Source of the DNA: Lama guanicoe
Taxonomy: Eukaryota
Length of the DNA: 64,000 nt
NCBI GenBank assembly: GCA_013239625.1
Contig: MU055783.1
Span: 1,302,001 to 1,366,000, forward strand
Direction: 5' to 3'
Shown: positions 49,981 through 64,000 of the stretch, piece by piece
Position numbering within the stretch: the stretch's first letter is position 1
How the letters are laid out: each line of letters starts with the position of its first letter
The notes under the pieces: model-generated
Databases searched by the model: none
What the model was told of the DNA's origin: nothing
Seen by the model: the letters and a program-made list of their open reading frames with translations, nothing else
Position numbers and translations under genes: made by a program

Positions 49981-52900
49981 CTAATTTAAAATTATATGCT
50001 CAAAATTCAGCAGCCTCAATGAAATATCATGAGGCCATTACATTAATGCATATACATCTAACAATTATTTCATAACAGTTTATACCCTACTGTGTTCCAA
50101 AAGTGTGGCAGCAGGTTATACATAGCTTTGGTATATCCAAGTTTACGTAATTTTTAAATTTACCCTGCCTCTCTTCAAAACAGCGTATGTAACATAAGGC
50201 CTATGGTTTGAAATATAAATCAATCAAATCAAGCAAGAAATTAACAATAAGTAAGGAAGCCAAGTAAGAAAATAAAGCTTTACAGAGCCATCAATTCAGA
50301 AAGGAAAACTCCTATTTTAAGAAAATTTGACATCAAATTCCTTCCTACAAAAATACCATTTTGTCAAAAATTCTATGCTTTCTTCCTGGGATATCATCCC
50401 TTCTCTCCCAACTCTGTATTCTTAATTTGTTTCTTACTAATACTTCAAGGCTCAAGCAATCAAACTTCCCCTTAATGTTGTTTTTACAACAGCATCCCAG
50501 AGTGCCCATCACACCCTATAATGAGCAGCAAAAAAACCCCAACACTTTTCATTTCTTCATTTTCCCACTTTCACACCATTATGTCCTTTGCAGCTAGGTT
50601 GTAAGGTGTATTTGTCTTTGTATACCCGCAGCCTATAAGAATGTGTAGTAGTTACTTAACAAATGTATGTTAAGTAAATAGAATATGACGAAATAAGTAA
50701 ATCTGGAAGTAAAAGAAGTGATATAGGAAGAAATGTAAAAAGAAATATCTGAGACATATCAGTGTCAATAAATTACCTTATTAACATAAAGTAATTTGAT
50801 AGGGAAAGGGAAATATATGTCCTTAAGAATTCTGCACTTTGTCTTTCTGCTCAGTTATTCTTCAGAAAGGTACCTTATCCTATCCCCCCTAAACAATGTA
50901 ATTCAGCTAGAGGGAAATAGCAAATGACCTATCTTTATACAATGAAGAAAATTAATAAATCAATGGTCTAGATAATAAAACAATCCCACTGCTAAGACCG
51001 TTTATGTGCTTCATTTATTCATTTTTAAACCATGATCTCACACCACTGTCTTCCAGGAATCCAGGTTAGCAAAGTTTGTACACACATTTCTGGTCAAGAA
51101 ATCTCTAACCACATATAAAGCTGTTTTCAAGCTCATTGGTGTAGTATACTTTTAACTAAGAAGTAGAAACAGCATTGCTATTACCAAAGAAAAAAAAAAT
51201 GACAAAAAGAACACCATGTGGAACAAAGCCAAAACACTGTGAAACCAGAAATCAACAGAAGACTGAAAGCTACACAAACAAGGATTTCCTAGAGGTTTTC
51301 CAAGCCAGAGAAGTATACAAAGATACCAAATGCTAAGCCTGGATATTCTGGTTTGGTAGGTCTGAGTGCTACCCAGAAAACGTTTGGTTTTAAACAACTA
51401 AGGAGAACCTGATGCAAGAAACTCAGATTCACATTTGGGAGCCTCCAGTGAGACCCAGTTTCAAAGGCACAAATGAGTATTAGCAGAAATCCATGCTAAT
51501 ATGAATTTATCTGTTACTATGTATTTCCAAATAAAGAGCAAAATGGGAATGATGAGAGTAATTTTATTAAACAAACTGGGTTTAACAGGAGTAGACTACA
51601 ATATTTACAATACTCACTTAGGTTATTCATTAACTCAACATATTCCTAAATTTACAGAAGCAAAACCAGTTTTATTTTTCAAAAATATCTACTATATAGA
51701 AAAAAATCGTATTAATACTACATCTTGATTCATTCATTCAGTAACTATATATTGAGTGCACATCTGTGTTCTATGTGCTACGGACAAAACACGAACTAAG
51801 TGGTCAAAACTGAGAAGCCCTTGCAGTGGTTTACAAACCCTTTTAGATGCAGACAAGGCCCAAGCAGGTAAGGCCAGAGAAGATGCTAACTCTATTGTTG
51901 GGGGGAGGGGTTTCTTTTTCCTGGGAGGCTACAGGGGCACACTGTGGTCAAAGTACTGACAGACAGGAGGAGTAGGGGTTAGTACACTTAGATATCCACT
52001 ATTATAAGTATAATGGGCTCCTTTCTCTAATAAATGGTGGTCAGTAGCAATTAAATACCTAACAAGTAGGAGAGGAAAGGGAGAAACTAAGGTTAAGCCA
52101 GGAGAGGTAAAAAGGTAGAAAATAAAAAAGCAAAAATAGCCAGTTTGTAAACGGGGCTGAGTCAAGGACAAGGAACTTGAAATCAGAGCTATTATGAAGT
52201 CCACAGTCCAAGCCCACACAACTGCTATATTAAATTTCAAAATCAATGTGTTGTCATATTTACCTATGTTTACATTTAGCAAGAGCAAGCAAGCAAATCA
52301 TTTACCTATATTCCTCCATCTTTGATAGGATAAACAAAATGATCTACGTTATCTCTAAGGGCCCAGGTATGTGGTAGCATTGCCAGTCAAATTCTACAGA
52401 TCTCCTTTTATTTCAATGACTTTTTCCTACTGCCCTGTCATCAGTGCCTAGGAAGTGTTCTATAAATACTGGATGGATAGGTGGGTGGATGAAGCAAGTC
52501 CACAGAGATACAGAAGCCAAAAGGAAGCAGGCAGGCAAAGCCTCTTCTGGCTGATCTCTCCTCCCCAATAGGCTCCCCAGGAGCCAGTAATAGGAACACC
52601 AAGGGCTGACCCACAAATTCAAAGAACATGGGGAAACTGGCATTTGCTATGCAAGAGAAAACAGGCTAGAAAGTAGAGAAAGTCCCAAGTACTGTGTCTA
52701 AGAAAAAGGCAGAAAAGAACAAGCTGGTCAGCAGCTAAGAGCAAGCCAGACTGGTCACTACGAACCTGAAGAAATGACCAAAATGTCAGCATTTCTAAAG
52801 AAGGGGAAGAAATTTTCATCGGGTGCCCGGGGCTTGTCCAGGTTCAGTTGGAAAAGCAAGTAAGGGTGCCAAGACATTATAGAACATCATCTTTAATTCT

Positions 52901-53139
52901 GAAGAGACTTTTAAAAGGTGAAACCCTTTAGTATAGCACCTCCACTTCAACTGGACCAAGTACGGCCCTCAAGACTAGGCATGTTTGTCTTTGTATATCT
53001 GGGGCCTAGATGAGTGTGCCTGAGCCCTAAGACAACCGAGAGAGACAAGGAAGTACCAATAAAAAGAGGAGGGAGGTGGGAGGAGGAAGGAGGCCTAGGA
53101 ATGGTGAGCTAAGTAAATAAGAGCTAAGTAAACAAAGTC

Positions 53140-53800
53140 TTTCAAAAAGTAGAGTGTGAGCAACTGTGTCAAATGTTACTGACATCTGTGCAAGTGGTGA
53201 CCTTGACCTGACACTGCATGCCCCAAGTCAGTGCAAGCAAGAAAAAGAAAGTAGAGAGCAAGTATAGATAACACTTCTAAGGAGTTTTGCTTGCTGGAGG
53301 AGCAGCAAAAAGGTCCTCAGAGAGGAATGTGAGATCAAGAACTAGCTTTTGCTGTGGTTACTTTTTGTTTTAAAGATGAGAGCATACAGCATGTCCCATG
53401 CTGACAGAAATGACCATGCAGAAGAGAAATGGGACACCTGGATGGAAAAATTGCTAGGGTAATGGATGCTGGTGAGCTGGCGACAAGGAGCAGACAGGCT
53501 CCAGTGCCTATGGGAGAGGCTGATCAGAGAGGTGAAGTTTATCCATGAAAGTGGAGGAGGCAGAATTGATGGGGCACACAAGCACTTAAGGTTAGTACAT
53601 GTGGAGGTGGGAACATGTAGAAATTTCTCAGTGAAATAGTGAAATACCACTCATCATCATCAGCTGAGAGTGAGGAAGGGGAAGAAAGTGTAAGCTTAAG
53701 AATGAGAAAGTAAGTAATAATCATCCAAACAAGTGGGAAATGAATGGACTAGGGAAGCGTAGTAGGATTTCCAGTTAGCACTAAAGGCTCACATAAGAGT
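53140..53800. mobile_element. L2 fragment
   Basis: gcaactgtgtcaaatgttactga...ggtgaccttgac...gagagcaagtatagataacact...ggagttttgc. Confidence 0.6.
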
Positions 53801-55805
53801 GGTGATCATGTCTTCTCTCCTTACTAACATGCCTGAGTGCATGTGTGTAAGGAAACTAGAAAAGAGAAGAAGCATGGGAGGAACACAATGTTTCTTTGCA
53901 CCTATCCTTCAGAGAGGAGAGTCTCCAGGAACGAGCAGAAAACTATGCCATTTTCAGCCACTTGTTTTTCTCCCTTGGATGTGTCTTAAAGCTGATAAAT
54001 AAATACAGAAGGATTTTCTCTAAGCTAAGTGCGTATCTTTAAGATGATGGAAATATGAGACGTATCATTCCCTATATTATCTTTTCACCACCTTGTTTTT
54101 ATTTTACTCTGAGAATCTATTACTTTTATTAAAAAAAAAACTCAGCTGAAAAGTTTACAGGCCTCTGGTATAAAACAAAGCCTAAGTACCACAATATGTC
54201 AATATCTGCAGACAGATGGAAACCACACTCCGAATGCTGGCAATCGTCAGTACACAGATAACTTAAAAATAACTCATAGAGACCCCCTGCCCCAAGCTAA
54301 TCACAGAAAGACCTGTTTAGTTCTGATGGGGCTACTCCCCAGTTCCCCCTAATCTACTACCGCCTACCCTTTAAGAAGACTCCCACCTCACCCCAGGCCT
54401 GCCACCTGTTCCTTTACTGGAACTACCACCATGAAAACGTGTGAGAAAAATCAGGGCGGGAAGTATTTGAGGGTGGAGTGGAGGTTAGTGTTAGATAGGG
54501 CAAGAAACCATGTTCATTGCAGACCTACTTTGGCGTTATTTTCCAGATCCAATGACATTCAAGTATTTCTGGTTCTACAAAGAACTAGAAGAGTAGTAGA
54601 CAGGTTCTACTGGGCAGTATCTAATAAATAAAATTAGATTCAGAAACCCTGAAGGAAATGCACTCCCCCCAAATAAAATATCAATTAAAAAAAAAAGATG
54701 GATTGTCTACAGGTTTTAAAATGTGAGCAGTGTCATATTCTAAATTATCTCCAACAGCTTATACTGGTTTGCAATGAAGATCAAATGTTTTCACCTTAAC
54801 TTTATAATAAATCAAATTTGAAAGAGACCTCGCAGTAAAATTTATTCTACATCAAGTATTATCAGTAAACATTTCTAAATCTTAGCATTAGAACAACAGT
54901 ATCATTGTCTCAAGTCCACATGTTAAACCTGGTATACCTTCAACAAAATTTTACAAACAGAGCTCACAAATTGAGGATTATATATTAAATAATAGTTAAC
55001 CACAAAATAGAAGGCTGCCCTCAATGCCATTTATCAACCAGTATTTCCTGATGTTTGCACTTTTCAAAGAAAATCTTAAGAATCTGTTAACACGAGAGGT
55101 ATAAAAATGAAAGAGAACTTAAATACCAGCAAAAGTTAAGAATTTAAACAATTATACTCCAGATATGGGATACATGCTAAAGGCCTAAAAGAAATGAAGA
55201 CACAAAAAGAACCCCCAAATAATGAGTTAATTTACATCTGACCTTGTTCCCCTTCCCTACAAAAAGATGAGTGGACAATATATACCAAAAAATTTAAAAA
55301 TCAAATGTGAAATAAATGGGTACAGATCAAGTGAGAATAAACTAGCCTGCAACTCAATACTGAAAATATTCTTTTCCTGCAGGTTACTGGTGTTAGAGTT
55401 ACCAATGTGATGAATTAAGAGGAAATTCAATCATTAATGAGACTTAGGAAAAATCCAAATACTTTAATTTTAAACAAAGTCATTCTCTATAAATGAGGTA
55501 ATTTAGCATTAGCATTGAATTAGGGGTATCTTTTAAGATTATCTAACTAGAGTTGTGAGTGTTACCCAAGAAATTTGAACATGTGAATGGAGCTGGTATA
55601 AATACTTGCAGGCTTAGAGTCCACTGAAGTTCTGTGTAATATGTAAAAATTTAATTTCCCCAAGCCAACTTCCTTCTTTATTTCTCACCTATTACAGGAC
55701 TTCTGTAAAATCCAATGTGCCACTCTCAGCACAGTGGTTTTGATCATGGCACTTTCTCATTAAATATACCTATTCACTTGCATGATTATAAATAATTGGT
55801 TTCCC

Positions 55806-55971
55806 NNNNNNNNNNNNNNNNNNNNNNNNNNNNNNNNNNNNNNNNNNNNNNNNNNNNNNNNNNNNNNNNNNNNNNNNNNNNNNNNNNNNNNNNNNNNNNN
55901 NNNNNNNNNNNNNNNNNNNNNNNNNNNNNNNNNNNNNNNNNNNNNNNNNNNNNNNNNNNNNNNNNNNNNNN
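55806..55971. other. Assembly gap (166 N), probable location of RRAS2 exon 4
   Basis: Run of N 139 bp downstream of exon 3; the G4 (NKxD) exon is not visible anywhere else. Confidence 0.9.
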
Positions 55972-56110
55972 TATCAGAATTCAGCAAGCCCCATGCCCCC
56001 TTTAGTACTTTATTACTTTTCCTTTTTCTATAAAAACAAGAAAATCCAAATTCAATAAAACAGTGATCTAGACATGAACAGGAGATCTACAATTGAATAT
56101 TGGTACAAAC

Positions 56111-56213
56111 CTGCCTCTATCTGTGACTGAAAAGACCAACAGGAAACCTTCTCCAGTTCTCATATACTGTTCTCTCATAGCTCCAAACTCTTCTTGTCCT
56201 GCTGTATCCAGAA
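56111..56213 (-). CDS. RRAS2: RRAS2 exon 3 (G3/switch II): [35 protein letters not shown]
   Basis: tttag| acceptor, |gtttgt donor; 103 bp, phase 1-2; DTAGQE motif. Confidence 0.98.
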
Positions 56214-57102
56214 CTAAAGAAAAAACAAGAAATGTAACTGTGTTCATGCTTTCATTTTATAAAACTGCTTCCCTCACAAAGATAGGCCCAGTTAATGAGG
56301 GTCCTCTGGAGAACATCATACTTAGTGTAACATTTTAAAAGGCATTCTCCTCTTATACTTCATTCCCAATGCTAAAGACAAATATATTCTAATGGCAGAC
56401 AGTTTCAGAGTTATCTTCATCAGTGCAGATTGATTTTGTAGTTAGAATATATTAGCATGCAATTACAAGGTTAAAAATATCAAATACATCTAGGCAGACA
56501 GAGTCAGATAACTTCTGAAGTCACCTGAAGTTTACCTCCTCCATGGAAAGAATGGAAAAAGATATCTGCAAATTCAAGAAAGAAACTTTGGTCCACTCAA
56601 CCCCCAAATACCATATTGAATGTGCAGGTGCTAATGTATTTCTTAATCTCTGTGAATGAAAGAATCATACAAGTTAAAAGAACAGGGCTTTCTTTTGTGG
56701 AGAGGTGGAATGCTTAGCTAAGCACAAAACACTATTTGCTAACGCCTCTGTGCTATAAATTCTAAGCAAGTTAGCAAATATTGAAGTCTTTCTATATTTA
56801 CTTCACCCATTTTAACCTTCATCAAAAGGTAGGAAAAGCTAAAACCTCATGTTTTTCCAAATGACCCAACAAACACAACTTCAGCAAGTTAGTGACATGA
56901 TTAGTTTCACCAGAACAAGATCAATCCAATTACTGTCTTACATTCAGTGAGGAATATGTAAGTTGCCTAATATGTAGATTCATCAATCAAAACTAAAAAA
57001 AATCAACTAACATTTCAATTGTAGTATTTAACCAAGCAAAATATCAAAGCTTATTTTTAAAAATATGATATGTGAACTATCAAGAAAGGGAAGATTACTT
57101 AC

Positions 57103-57190
57103 TATCTAGCCGGGCTGCCCGGTCATCAATCACGCACTGCTTTGTGTAGGAGTCCTCAATGGTTGGATCATAATCCGTTACAAAATAGGA
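57103..57190 (-). CDS. RRAS2: RRAS2 exon 2 (switch I): [29 protein letters not shown]
   Basis: Minus-strand acag| acceptor and |gtaagt donor; 88 bp; Ras effector loop YDPTIEDSY. Confidence 0.98.
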
Positions 57191-60000
57191 CTGTAAGAAC
57201 AATAACCTTATTTTAAAATTTATGTTTTCTCGTCCAAGTACCACCGTAATTTTATCAAATCTCACTTATCCAGAATTAATCAAAATATTTTCATTGTATT
57301 AAGGTTTATCCTACTATGTCAATTCCTTATGAAATGAAGTCTATTCAGAGCAGCTTCCAAGCGGAGAAAGGGTATTAAATAGCTTTGAATTTTCGTATCT
57401 GAAATATGCAAGAAGACTGCAAAAGATCTACTGCGGTTTTTTTTTTTTCCATAATTACCTTCAATATACCTAAGACTCTAGACCTCAAGTTCTAGAAAAA
57501 CCAAGAAAACAGAGTAAGCTGTAATTCAGCTCTATTTGCAACCTGAGGGCAAACATCAGTCCTTAGAACCAAGCAGTTTGAAACAAATGAGAAAAGAGTA
57601 AGTCTGGACAACTGGAAGCTCCACCCTCTTTTCTCCCCTTCTCTCATATCTTGTCTTATCCCCTTTCAGCTGCCTTGCGTATTATCCTTAAGGAAATATG
57701 ATTTCAGGATCTTTTTCATCTGCATGGATCTCAAACTTTCTTTCATTGATATTTTTGTTGTTTTTTTTTCTTAACTTCTATTTCTTCTTCTGTTAGCAAA
57801 ATCTTCTAACTAATATCTTATGAAATCATCACCAGAAGGACAGTTAAGGAAACAGTAAGAAGGGAAGAGTCTTAGCAAACCACTTCTGTGTTTGTATATT
57901 ACATTTCACAATCTTTTAAAAAGGTTTTAAAAAGAAAACAGAAACAAGAATCTGAAAGAGAATTTAGTGCCCCCTTACAGAATGGCACTAACCAGGACGC
58001 TGACATCCTTCTTTTGTTCTGAATATCTCCTTCACTCTCCCTCTTGACCGACTCCCTCAAAGCCTGCTTTGCCACTAGCTCATTACAAAATCTGAGGGAT
58101 GACTTGGAGGAAGGCAGCTGGACTTGCTGGCTCCAGGGACACATTCTTAAGTGACAAAGCCTGCATGGTGGCCTATGCAAACACCAGAAAGCTACTCAGA
58201 AGGTAGGCACTCTGAACAAGGCAGTAAAGAAACCTCTGGTAGGGAGCAGGGGAGACACTGATCTGCCTGCTATCTTGAACTTACATATTTATTTTTGAAA
58301 GACATTTTCTACTTTATAAAATGTGATATAAAAGGCTTTACTGTAACAGAATTCAGTATCCATAATCCTATTTCCTTTCTGATGATTTCATATAAATGCA
58401 TGATTTATTAAACAAAGTGTATAAAAGAAACATTTACCAACAGGGGCAGCTTTGAGTAGAAAGCCATCTCTGTCACCACCCCACCCTATTTAAAAATAAA
58501 CATATCAAAACAATCCTGAACTGACTTTCTGGCACTCGAACCTCTTCAAAAAGTAAATACAACTGGCAACAATATTCTTTGTATCCTCTAAACATAAAAC
58601 TGCAGTCTTTCACCAAGCAAGTTGGATAAGGCATGCTGTTTATATCTTAAGATTAGTTTCCTGTTACATGTTTCTCCACAGCAATCTGATACTTTTTGCC
58701 ATGCTTTCATCTTGTAAAATCTAAATTTCATTGGCTGCTCCCAGTTTATGCCTAAATGTGTTAAAATGTGCAGCACTGTCCTATTTTATCTGAAAACACA
58801 ATGGACAAATATTAAATATATTTTTTCAAATGTCTAAGTCATGCACAATAGCTCATATTCTTTCAATGCAATGTTTTGTTTTTTTGCATAGTGATACCAA
58901 AGTAAGAAAATAACACGTATAGAAGATTGTTGGTTTAAGCAACTTTGAGCGCTATTAAAATAAACTTTTTTGTGACTGTGGAAGTTTCATATTTTCTTTG
59001 GATGTCTTAGCTCTTGAAACACACTCTTAATGTTACAAGAATTTTGCCACTTTGCTAACTAACGCTGACATGCATTTATCCCACTCGTTAATTTTTAAGA
59101 CAAATTGTTGGAATTTCTGGATACGTAGTTTCATGTTTCATCTTTTTGTGTCCTGATTTCAAAATTTGTAGATACCTTGCTACATGCACATTTTACGGAG
59201 CCATCTTCATTGAAAGCATCATCCTCCCTCATAAAGATCCTCCTTAAGGAACATCATAGGGCCTGACTCACAGAATCAAAGATCCCTTTTCCTCTCATAA
59301 TTCTAGTAAGCCACAGGTTGCAACACACTTAAAAAGAGCATTCAAACAAACAAAAGAGCATTCATTGCGTACAGGTAACGCAGATAATCATCACCTCCCA
59401 CCACAAAGACTTAAGATTGCTGTTACTTAAAGTTGGGTCCCAGATATTTCAGGCAGCAGGTCAACAACAAGAAATCAGTCTCTGGTGATGGACAGCCCTG
59501 GATTTACTCTAATTCTGCTATTTTCTAGTTGTGGAACCTGAGGCAAAATATTTTAACTAAACTTTAGCATCTGTAAAATAAAGACAGTAACAAAACCTTG
59601 CAGAACAGATAAAATGAAGTAATGTATATAAAGTGCCAAGACATGTTCATGGGTAATAAACGCTACCCATCAGAGTCAGTGTATCATTTTTGTCACCCAG
59701 TTAGATGATATGAAATAGCATTTTTATTCAGGTAAAAAAACTTGCTAAAACAAGGAACAAGTGTTGTAATGCCAGTCCTAATTAAACCACAGACCAACCA
59801 TGGGACTTGGTATCCAAAGTGTTGTAAATCAAGATAAAAGCTCCCCATCTGGGGTTCTGAAAGTATTTTCTGGGTCTAAGCAGTAATTACACAAGGACAT
59901 ACACATGTAAAAACTCAAGCTGTACATTTAAGATGCGTGCATTTTTCATATATGTACAAATTATACCTCTATAAAATACATAAACAGTTCCCTGCTGCTT

Positions 60001-60074
60001 ATAGGATTCAGCACTTTCTTTACACCGTATGCAAAATATAGGATTCAGCACTTTCTTTACACTGTACGCAAAAT
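60001..60074 (+). repeat. 37-bp tandem duplication (2 copies)
   Basis: ataggattcagcactttctttacac(c/t)gta(t/c)gcaaaat twice. Confidence 0.95.
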
Positions 60075-62919
60075 CCTCCAGTTTGATGTGTGCTGTTTGC
60101 CATTCAAAGTCTTACTTTTCACTACTTGAAACCCTTCAGCCAATTGCTCTTGCTCTTTTGGTTTCATTCATTTGTCCGATAATTATTTATGGAGCATCAG
60201 AGGGACGAGGTCCCTACTTTCACAGAACCCATTGCTTTTTACACAATATCCAGTAATTGTTCTGTGATTGAGAGCAAAGGGGATGAGGAGTGTTAACCAT
60301 ATTGGCCAAAGAACAGAAATGGTAGAGAAATGCCAATACTCTGCTTGTTCAGAAGGCAACACAATTTAAGCAGTTAACATTGCAGTCATACATAGGAACT
60401 ATATGTACATTCACTTATAAACATAGAGCCCCAGCAATTTGCCTGAAGGGAAAACAGTCTCCTGAAGTTGAAAAAAGTTACCAACCATAAACCAGAAAGG
60501 ATATTCTGTAGCAGAAATTAAGGGAAAAGAAGGGGAGAGGAGTGGAAACAAGCACAGTATCGCACTGTGGAACAGTAGAGGCTCTCACAAGAGCAGGAAA
60601 GGAAAGTGCCCTTGCCCAGAGTTCAGTCCACTGAAAGGGGAAGTGGGGACTGGGAGTGGAGAAAGCAATGTGCTTTCTGGAAATCATAGGAAAGGATGCA
60701 TAGAGAAGGATCCTAACCAAAAGAAAGGGAATGTCTCCTTTCAAAGGGCAGGTAGTAAGAACGACAAGTAGACCTTAGTCTCATTAAGGTTGTCAGGCAT
60801 TACCTAGAAAGGTTTAAGATTAGGGAAGCTAACCTAATTCAGACAGGGACATCCCCCTGACAAAATCTGGTCTGAGTAAGGTTGTCTAAAACCCTTAATA
60901 ACACAATAGTGATAGCTGGGAATATTATTGCTGTGTCAATGCCACTAGGCTGCACAATAGGAGCTCTGCTTGGCTTCAGAGAATTGCTACTTCACTCCCT
61001 CCCATTCAAAGAAGCTGCCTTAGAGAAGATAAGGAGGGGCCGGGGAGGAAAGAGAATGAGCTGATGCAATTTCTGCATTCAGTGGGCAGAAGTGACAACC
61101 CACTCTCTGGACACCAAGCTGCTGGTGAAAGTGTAGTTCCCAAGCTCTGCCACAGAGCGGTGCCTGGTCTACACACCGGGATGGGTAATTTATTGGAGAT
61201 TCTGGGGAACTCAGGAAATTCAGCAAACTGGTTAAAGTCCACTACCCTTGCATATAAAAAGGACAGGAGGCTAGACCTAAGGTGCCCCTGGGGAGTTGTA
61301 AACAAATGACGGGGCATTTCTGAGCACAGCACATTCTCAGGAATCCACTAAAAACAAAAGGTGCAGAAAGAGGAGGGGAAAGGCAGCAAGGAGGGGAAGG
61401 AAATAGACAATGTGGGAAGACCTTGACAACCACTGAATCTAGGTAATGTGTAATAAATGTATGTTATACCAGTCTCTCTACTTTTGCATGAGGTAGCACA
61501 CTGAAGTACTACAGGAAGGATCAAACCAAGGGAAGAAGATATCACCTTGAGCTTTCACCTCACTCTACTCAAAACCAACTCACCTAGAAACCGAAGTTTT
61601 TTCTTGGTCAGAATATCTTGCAGTTTTCTTTATATTTTACTTTACTTTTATTGTCCATCCTCCCCCCCCCAACCCCCACTGAATATGAGCTCCATGAGGA
61701 CAAAGATTTGTGTCAGAGGTAGAGTGGCTTATCTTATGCTTAAACAGCAAACCACTGGCATATCCAGCACTGAAATCAGTTTCCGGGCTCTGCTTTGCTC
61801 ACTAACTCTCTGGAAGTAAAGCACACTCACAACTCATCCTCCATTTCTGCTTCCATTGCTTCCATTTTTCAAAAAGCGAACTATCCTCAATCATAGTAAC
61901 AGCAGCCGTCATTTACTGAGCACTTACTGTGTGACAAGCAGCTGACTGACACATATAAAATTTTCCCAATTAATTTTCACAATGATCCTTTAGATACCTA
62001 TCTCCCTCTTACAGATTTTTTTTTAAGTGAGGCACAGAATTATGTTACTCTTCTAGGTCACCTAGCCAATAAAGTAGGATAACTACAATTTAAATTCAGT
62101 CTTGTCCTAATGAATGTTCTAGAATTCTTGCTATTTAATATACAATTCATAAAAAATTTCAAATCTTTCATCCCTTCACTGGTCTACAAAATGAGGAGTA
62201 AAAGTACCAGGAAAAAGAAAAAGCAAGGAACCCAAGACTAACAACGTTACTTTCCTTTCCTTCTTGATACCCTGCTCACCTCTCCCCTTTCCCCCAAGCT
62301 CCACACAGAACCCAGGTCATGAAACATTCTACACAAAATTCTGTGGTTCTCTGCTCCCCTCCGCTTGAAATCAGTATTTTTCTATTAGTTCTTCCATCCA
62401 CAAAACCTGTATTACATTTCTAAAATTATGACAAAATAAACCAAAACATCAGGCTTTATGAGGCCTTGCTTTCTATTAACATATGCATTTATAAAGTCCT
62501 TACTGGAGGCAGCATGATGGGAAGAAAATGTATGGGCTAAGGAGTGAGAGACCTGAAATTCAAACCCAGAAGCCATCCTACTTCCTAGCTGTTTAACATC
62601 TCTAAAGCCCATTTTCTCAACAGAAAAGAGTGAGAACTAGGCTAGTTTAAGGAGAGCTTATTCCAGTGCCCACTTCAGATGTGGCACCAAAGGATAACGG
62701 AAAAGGGAAAACAAAGCAGACAGAAGGAACAGGGAGAGGGCTGGGGCCTCCGGGGCTGCTCACAGAGCTGCCCTGAGGGATTTAAGAACTGTGATCACTA
62801 GTGAGTGTGGTGTGAGCCCATTCTCTTCCTAGTTAGCCCGCCCCATTCGACCTCTGGACCTTGCCATGCTGCCACCAGGGAGGCAGCAGGGCGGCAGCAG
62901 GCCGGAGTGGGAAGAGCCT

Positions 62920-63130
62920 GAGGTGTGAGTCAGATCAGGATACAGCTCTACCACCTTTACTAGCTGTGAGGAACTGGAGTACCTCATTTAACCTATCTGA
63001 ACCTCAGTTTCCTTGTCTAAAAGATGGAAATACTACTAACCTTGCAGCATTGTTGTGAAAAGTAAAAATAATGTATGTGGAGTATTTTTACAACACAGTC
63101 TACGATACACAGTAGGCCCTTAATAAATCA
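62920..63130 (+). mobile_element. MIR SINE
   Basis: tttactagctgtgag...tttaacctatctgaacctcagtttccttgtctaaaagatgg. Confidence 0.75.
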
Positions 63131-64000
63131 TAGCTAATGAAGTCCAAAGCACAGCTTACTTTCTTTACAAAGCCTTCAACACTCCAACCAGAAAATGATT
63201 TCAGTGTGCTCTGAATTCCTCCTACCCTTAAGGTGACGACTACTCTGGATTGTCTCAACTTCAAATATTTTATCTTATTGTTAAAAAAAAGTTGTGACTT
63301 GGAAAATACATGTATCAAGCTTTATGTATGCCATGTAATTGGTACTTATAATTTCCTTTTATAATTGCTCACCTTTTCATGTATGTGCATATATGAACAT
63401 ATAACTGACACAATAAGCTAATAAAATCAACAGACTATAAGCATACAACTTTCCTTTTCAAAGCCCTTCTGTGGCAAGTTTTTCCTTGCACCTGAATGAA
63501 ATCTAAGGCAAGTCTCCTAATTTTTTCCAATCATTTTTCAATTATAAATAGTTATTCAATCACCTTCAGCCCCAATAACACTGTGACTTCAGTAATTAAG
63601 ATATCTAGTACAGTGCTTTAATTGCATTAGTCAATACTTATCTAAATTAAAGTTTCTTTCCCCCCTCCTACATAGAGCTGTGAGGGCTGCATTTGGACTG
63701 GGGTGAATGGATAGTTAAGACCAGTTATCTTCTCTCTTTCCCTATCTAACATTCTGCATCTTTTCTACCCTCAACAAGGCTGCCTCTGCTCTGGCTTCTT
63801 AAGGACTAGAGCTGAAGGAGTGGGGACAGGTCAGGGAGGTTGAAAAGGCCACAGCAATGAAATCTGATGTCCATGCTAATAACTTTCTCATGAGAGCCTG
63901 TGGGTTTCCTGGAAAAGTACACAAGTAGGACCCTCCACGTGCAATTCCTAGGATATGATTAAGTCCTGGCCATTTACATCTCCAACTCTCAATCTTTGGG

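Overview
Mammalian genomic DNA, most likely camelid (alpaca/llama/camel), judged from two tRNA-Ala-derived SINEs that look like the camelid Vic-1 family. The window holds two convergent genes. On the + strand are the last 10 coding exons of SPON1 (F-spondin; exons 7-16 by human numbering, 17474-33485; 532 aa covering the rest of the spondin domain and six TSR repeats) and its 3'UTR to about 35.66 kb. On the - strand are coding exons 2, 3, 5 and 6 of RRAS2 (TC21; 57190 down to 43934) and its 3'UTR to about 42.5 kb. RRAS2 exon 4 is almost certainly hidden in an N gap, and exon 1 lies beyond the window. The rest is intronic or intergenic sequence rich in old repeats (MIR, L2, L1M, MLT1, hAT-Charlie). 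I found no evidence of a new biological system; nearly all of the ORF track is spurious. The points most worth checking are a near-identical duplication with 1492-bp spacing at the window start, a 34-bp direct repeat bracketing the TSR4 exon, a 77-nt G-run intron inside a CpG-rich patch, a divergent CTCF motif pair, a candidate homeodomain/SOX/FOX enhancer, an inverted SINE pair and an intact solo LTR. Repeat family names and human comparisons are from recall, not from a database search.
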